A DNA stretch of 59,430 bases, the filler included. It is 5 parts of 5 records of this genome, joined end to end, with 100 filler letters (N's around TTAATTAATTAA, not from the genome) between each part and the next. Parts side by side here need not be neighbours in the genome. Positions count along the whole stretch, not along the records: positions 53,554 to 59,430 come from DRR378314_1495; 4 more parts are not named here. One strand, written 5' to 3'. The notes under the pieces are model-generated. The model was not told the DNA's origin. It did not search any database and was given only the letters and a program-made list of their open reading frames with translations. Both the position numbers and the translations under genes were made by a program. This document shows positions 56,601-59,430 of this stretch, piece by piece (the first letter of the stretch is position 1; the number at the start of each line of letters is the position of its first letter).

Positions 56601-59430
56601 AATCGAGGTAGAGCGGGCGCTGCAGCTAGCAAAGGAGCGCGTAGCGCATGCGGACGCGGTGCGCGAGGCCGCGGAGCGGCACGCTGCAGCATTGGAAGCA
56701 CAGCTCAGTGCATTAACCTCGCAAAATGCAACAGAAGAGAATGCGCGAAAGGAAGAGCACGATGGTGACACTTCTTTAATGGGAGTCGCTGTGATGTCGG
56801 GTGCAGAGACACCGTCGGTGCTGGCACGTGAAAGAGCGCTGCGCGCGCTCGCCACCGAGAGAGCTGCTGCGTCGGAGTCGCGTGTCGCGAAGCTCCTGGC
56901 AGTCATTCGTCAGCTGCGCAGCGCTGTGATTGGACCGCAGTTCGATGACTTTGGGAGAGGTGATAGACAGCCTAAAACGGGTGCATCTTGTATGAGTGAC
57001 GCGCTAGACGCCGCTTCAGCGGTGCTCAGCGGCGATGCGGCCCAGTTCGCTGGCGACGAGCGCGCGGAGCTGGAGGTTGCTCGCTGGCGCCGCGAGTGCG
57101 CTGCGCTCCAGCGACGTCTGGGACAGCGCGAAACCGATATTCTTGCGCTGCGCGATGCGTTCCAGTCCGTCGTGGCCGCGCGGGACCGGGTGCTTGCAAA
57201 CGTGCTTCGGCGCGAGCAAGGCGGTGGACGGACGGATCCAGTGAACGGCACGGGCAAGGGCGGCGCGCTCTCGGTCCTCGAACAGCAGCTCCGAGACGCA
57301 GAGGCGCGCGCAGAACGCTCTGCAAATGATGCGGACCGCACGCGCGCAGAGCTGGAGCGCACGCAGCGCCGCATTGCGGCGACGGGGCTGCACCGCGGCG
57401 GCGCGGGCGGCGTCCCGAGTGCAGCCCTGGACGAGTACGGCGCCGACCTCGTCGCAGCGCGCGTGGCGGCAGGCGCGTCCGAGCGCCGCGCCGAGGCGCT
57501 TGCGCGGACTGTAGAGCGCCTGGAAGCCGTCGTCGCCGAGCGCGACAAGGCGCTCGCCGAGGCGGAGGCGGAGGCGGAGACCGCGCGCCTCGCACAGCGC
57601 ACGCGCGACCGTGAGCTGGAAGAGCACGCTGCCGCGCTGGAGGAGCGCCTCCTGTCGGCGCCAGAATCTGCCGGCGAGACGGCCCTGCGCGCAATATTCG
57701 ACGCTGGATCGACGCCGCGCGACCCACACGCGTCAAGTGGCGCCGCGCGCGCAGAGCAGGAGGACATCGATCGCGAGCTTGCGGCGCTCGCGTCGGCGCG
57801 CGCTGCGGCATCGGCGCACGCGCGCGAGGTCCGTGCGCTGCGCCGCGCGCTCGCCGAGGCCGAAGAGCGCGCCGCAGCCGAACGCGCGCGGGCCGCCGAC
57901 CTCCAGATGCAAGTGGACGCTGCCTTGCAAGGCGCACAACAGCGCGATGATGATGAGCGGGTAACGGGGCGCGGTTCGCCACGCGGGCTCACTCGGACGG
58001 CCGATGGCGCGTGGGGCGGCAGCGACGAGGCGGCCGCGGCACAGCTCGACGCCGCGCGCCGCTCGCTCAGTGCTCTCCAGCGACGTCTCGTGGAAAAGAG
58101 CGATGCAGTGCGCAAGTACCAGAACATGCTACGTGACGCACGGGCAGAGCTTGTGAAACAGAAAGAGGCTGATGCAGAGAATGCGGCGTCGCTTCGCAGC
58201 GAGCTGGCGCAAGCGCGCGATGAGCTGCGAACCGCAGAGGAGGCCCGGCGGCGCTCGTCGGGCGCGTCGCAGTCGCAGTCGCGTCGCGCGCACACTCAGG
58301 CCGCAGCGGACGACGAAGGATCGCATGCTGCCGCCGAAGCGGCAGCGGAGGCTCTTGAAGCCGCTCGTGCTCATGCGGAGAAGCTAGAAAGCGACGTGCA
58401 GTCGCTGCAGCGTCAAAAGAGAGAGCTCGAGGCTCTGGTAGCTGACAAAGATCGCGCCGTCGAGTCGCTGCAGTACGATCTTGCTCTGGAGCGCGCCCGG
58501 GACTCCGCAAAAACGGCAGACAAGGTTGTGTCGGCGCTGCGTGCGGAGGTGGCGCGAAAGGAGCGCGAGCGACAAAGCCTGCAGAAAGCAGTTGAAAAGC
58601 TCCGCGGCGATTTCGAGCGCGTGTTCCGCGAGCAAGAGGAGCAGCAGGCTCGCTCGCGCGCGGAGGCCCTGCGCGCGTCCACCGAGTCGATGGGCAGCAC
58701 GATGGCGAGCAGGCTGGTGGAGGTCCAGGGCAAAGTGGCGTCGTTGCGCGATGAACTGCGACGCCGAGGCACCGAGCTCGATAGCGCGCATCGCGAGCGC
58801 GACGAAGCACGGACAGCGGCCGATACGGCCCGTGCAGACGCGCGGCGCGCAGCGAGCGAGGCGGCGCGGCACCAGCGCGCGCTGCGCAGCGCCGCACAGC
58901 GCGAGCGCGACCTCCGCGCGCGTCTCGAGTCTCTCGAATCCTCTCGCCCCGACGCCGAGCGCGTTCGCGCGCTGCAGGAGCGCGTTCGCGATCTGGAGAA
59001 CCAGAAAGCGCTTTTCCGCCGCACAGACGCGTCCACGCCCGCAGATACACCGGCGAGCGGCGACATGGCGGTCAAGATGCAGCGCCGTGTCGATACGCTC
59101 CGGCGGAAGCTCCGCGACTGCGAGTCGTCGCTGCGGAAAGCGCGCGAGGACCACGCGGCCGACGTGCAGCGACTGCGCGCGGCTGCCGACCAGCGCGTGG
59201 CGAGCGAGGTCGAGCGCGCGCGGCGCACCGCTGCGGCACCCGCGAAAGCGAACAGGAGCGCCAGCGAGCGCGACACTTTGTCAGTGGCAGAGGCGCTTCG
59301 CGTTGTGAACCTCCAGGAGGAGCTCGAGGAGGCCGAGCGCAAACTGCGCGATTTCCAAGTCGACGTGCTCCAGCGCAAAGACGACGAGATTCGGCGGTAC
59401 GTCGGTGACGCCTCGCCAAGGTTCCCCGGT
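53670..59430 (+). CDS. CEP290: Centrosomal/transition-zone protein CEP290 homologue, partial at both ends (exons 53670-53764, 54053-54182, 54748 to window end)
   Basis: The frame opening at 54748 showed no stop where read and is absent from the ORF track, consistent with running off the window. Long coiled coil with CEP290-like motifs KYESGVYGLREAVQELK, EDIEALEQERLRLKNRLR, YRSHFVAMLHSQTAMY and LQRRLVEKSDAVRKYQNML. Confidence 0.85.

Noticed and set aside
56910-59378. Long Arg/Ala/Ser-rich minus-strand ORFs
   Set aside because: Antisense shadows of the GC-rich CEP290 exon.

Overview
This window is not one continuous locus. It is five contigs joined by identical 100-nt artificial spacers (N44-TTAATTAATTAA-N44). 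Contigs 1 (1-24996), 3 (33675-47803) and 5 (53554-59430) are nuclear DNA of a GC-rich, intron-rich, flagellated eukaryote (probably a protist) using the standard code. They encode UTP18, a 7-exon RNase T2, KAP3 (~19 exons), NFU1, CCDC40, a beta-oxidation multifunctional enzyme with a C-terminal hydrophobic tail, a Cys-rich type I membrane protein and a partial CEP290. Contigs 2 (25097-33574) and 4 (47904-53453) look like Rhodobacteraceae/Roseobacter DNA: carA, a GT2 glycosyltransferase, GntR, a HAD nucleotidase, a UbiH-family hydroxylase, a class V aminotransferase, two Lrp genes and ilvC; then zwf-edd-eda, an alpha/beta hydrolase and AraC. The best candidate for something undescribed is an intronless ~960-aa eukaryotic gene (35446-38328). 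It appears to fuse a degenerate DnaQ/DEDDh exonuclease-like domain to a piggyBac transposase whose catalytic aspartates are eroded, while its C-terminal Cys/His zinc finger and basic NLS-like tail are intact, suggesting a domesticated double pseudo-nuclease. All calls come from manual motif recognition and hand-built splice models; no searches were run.
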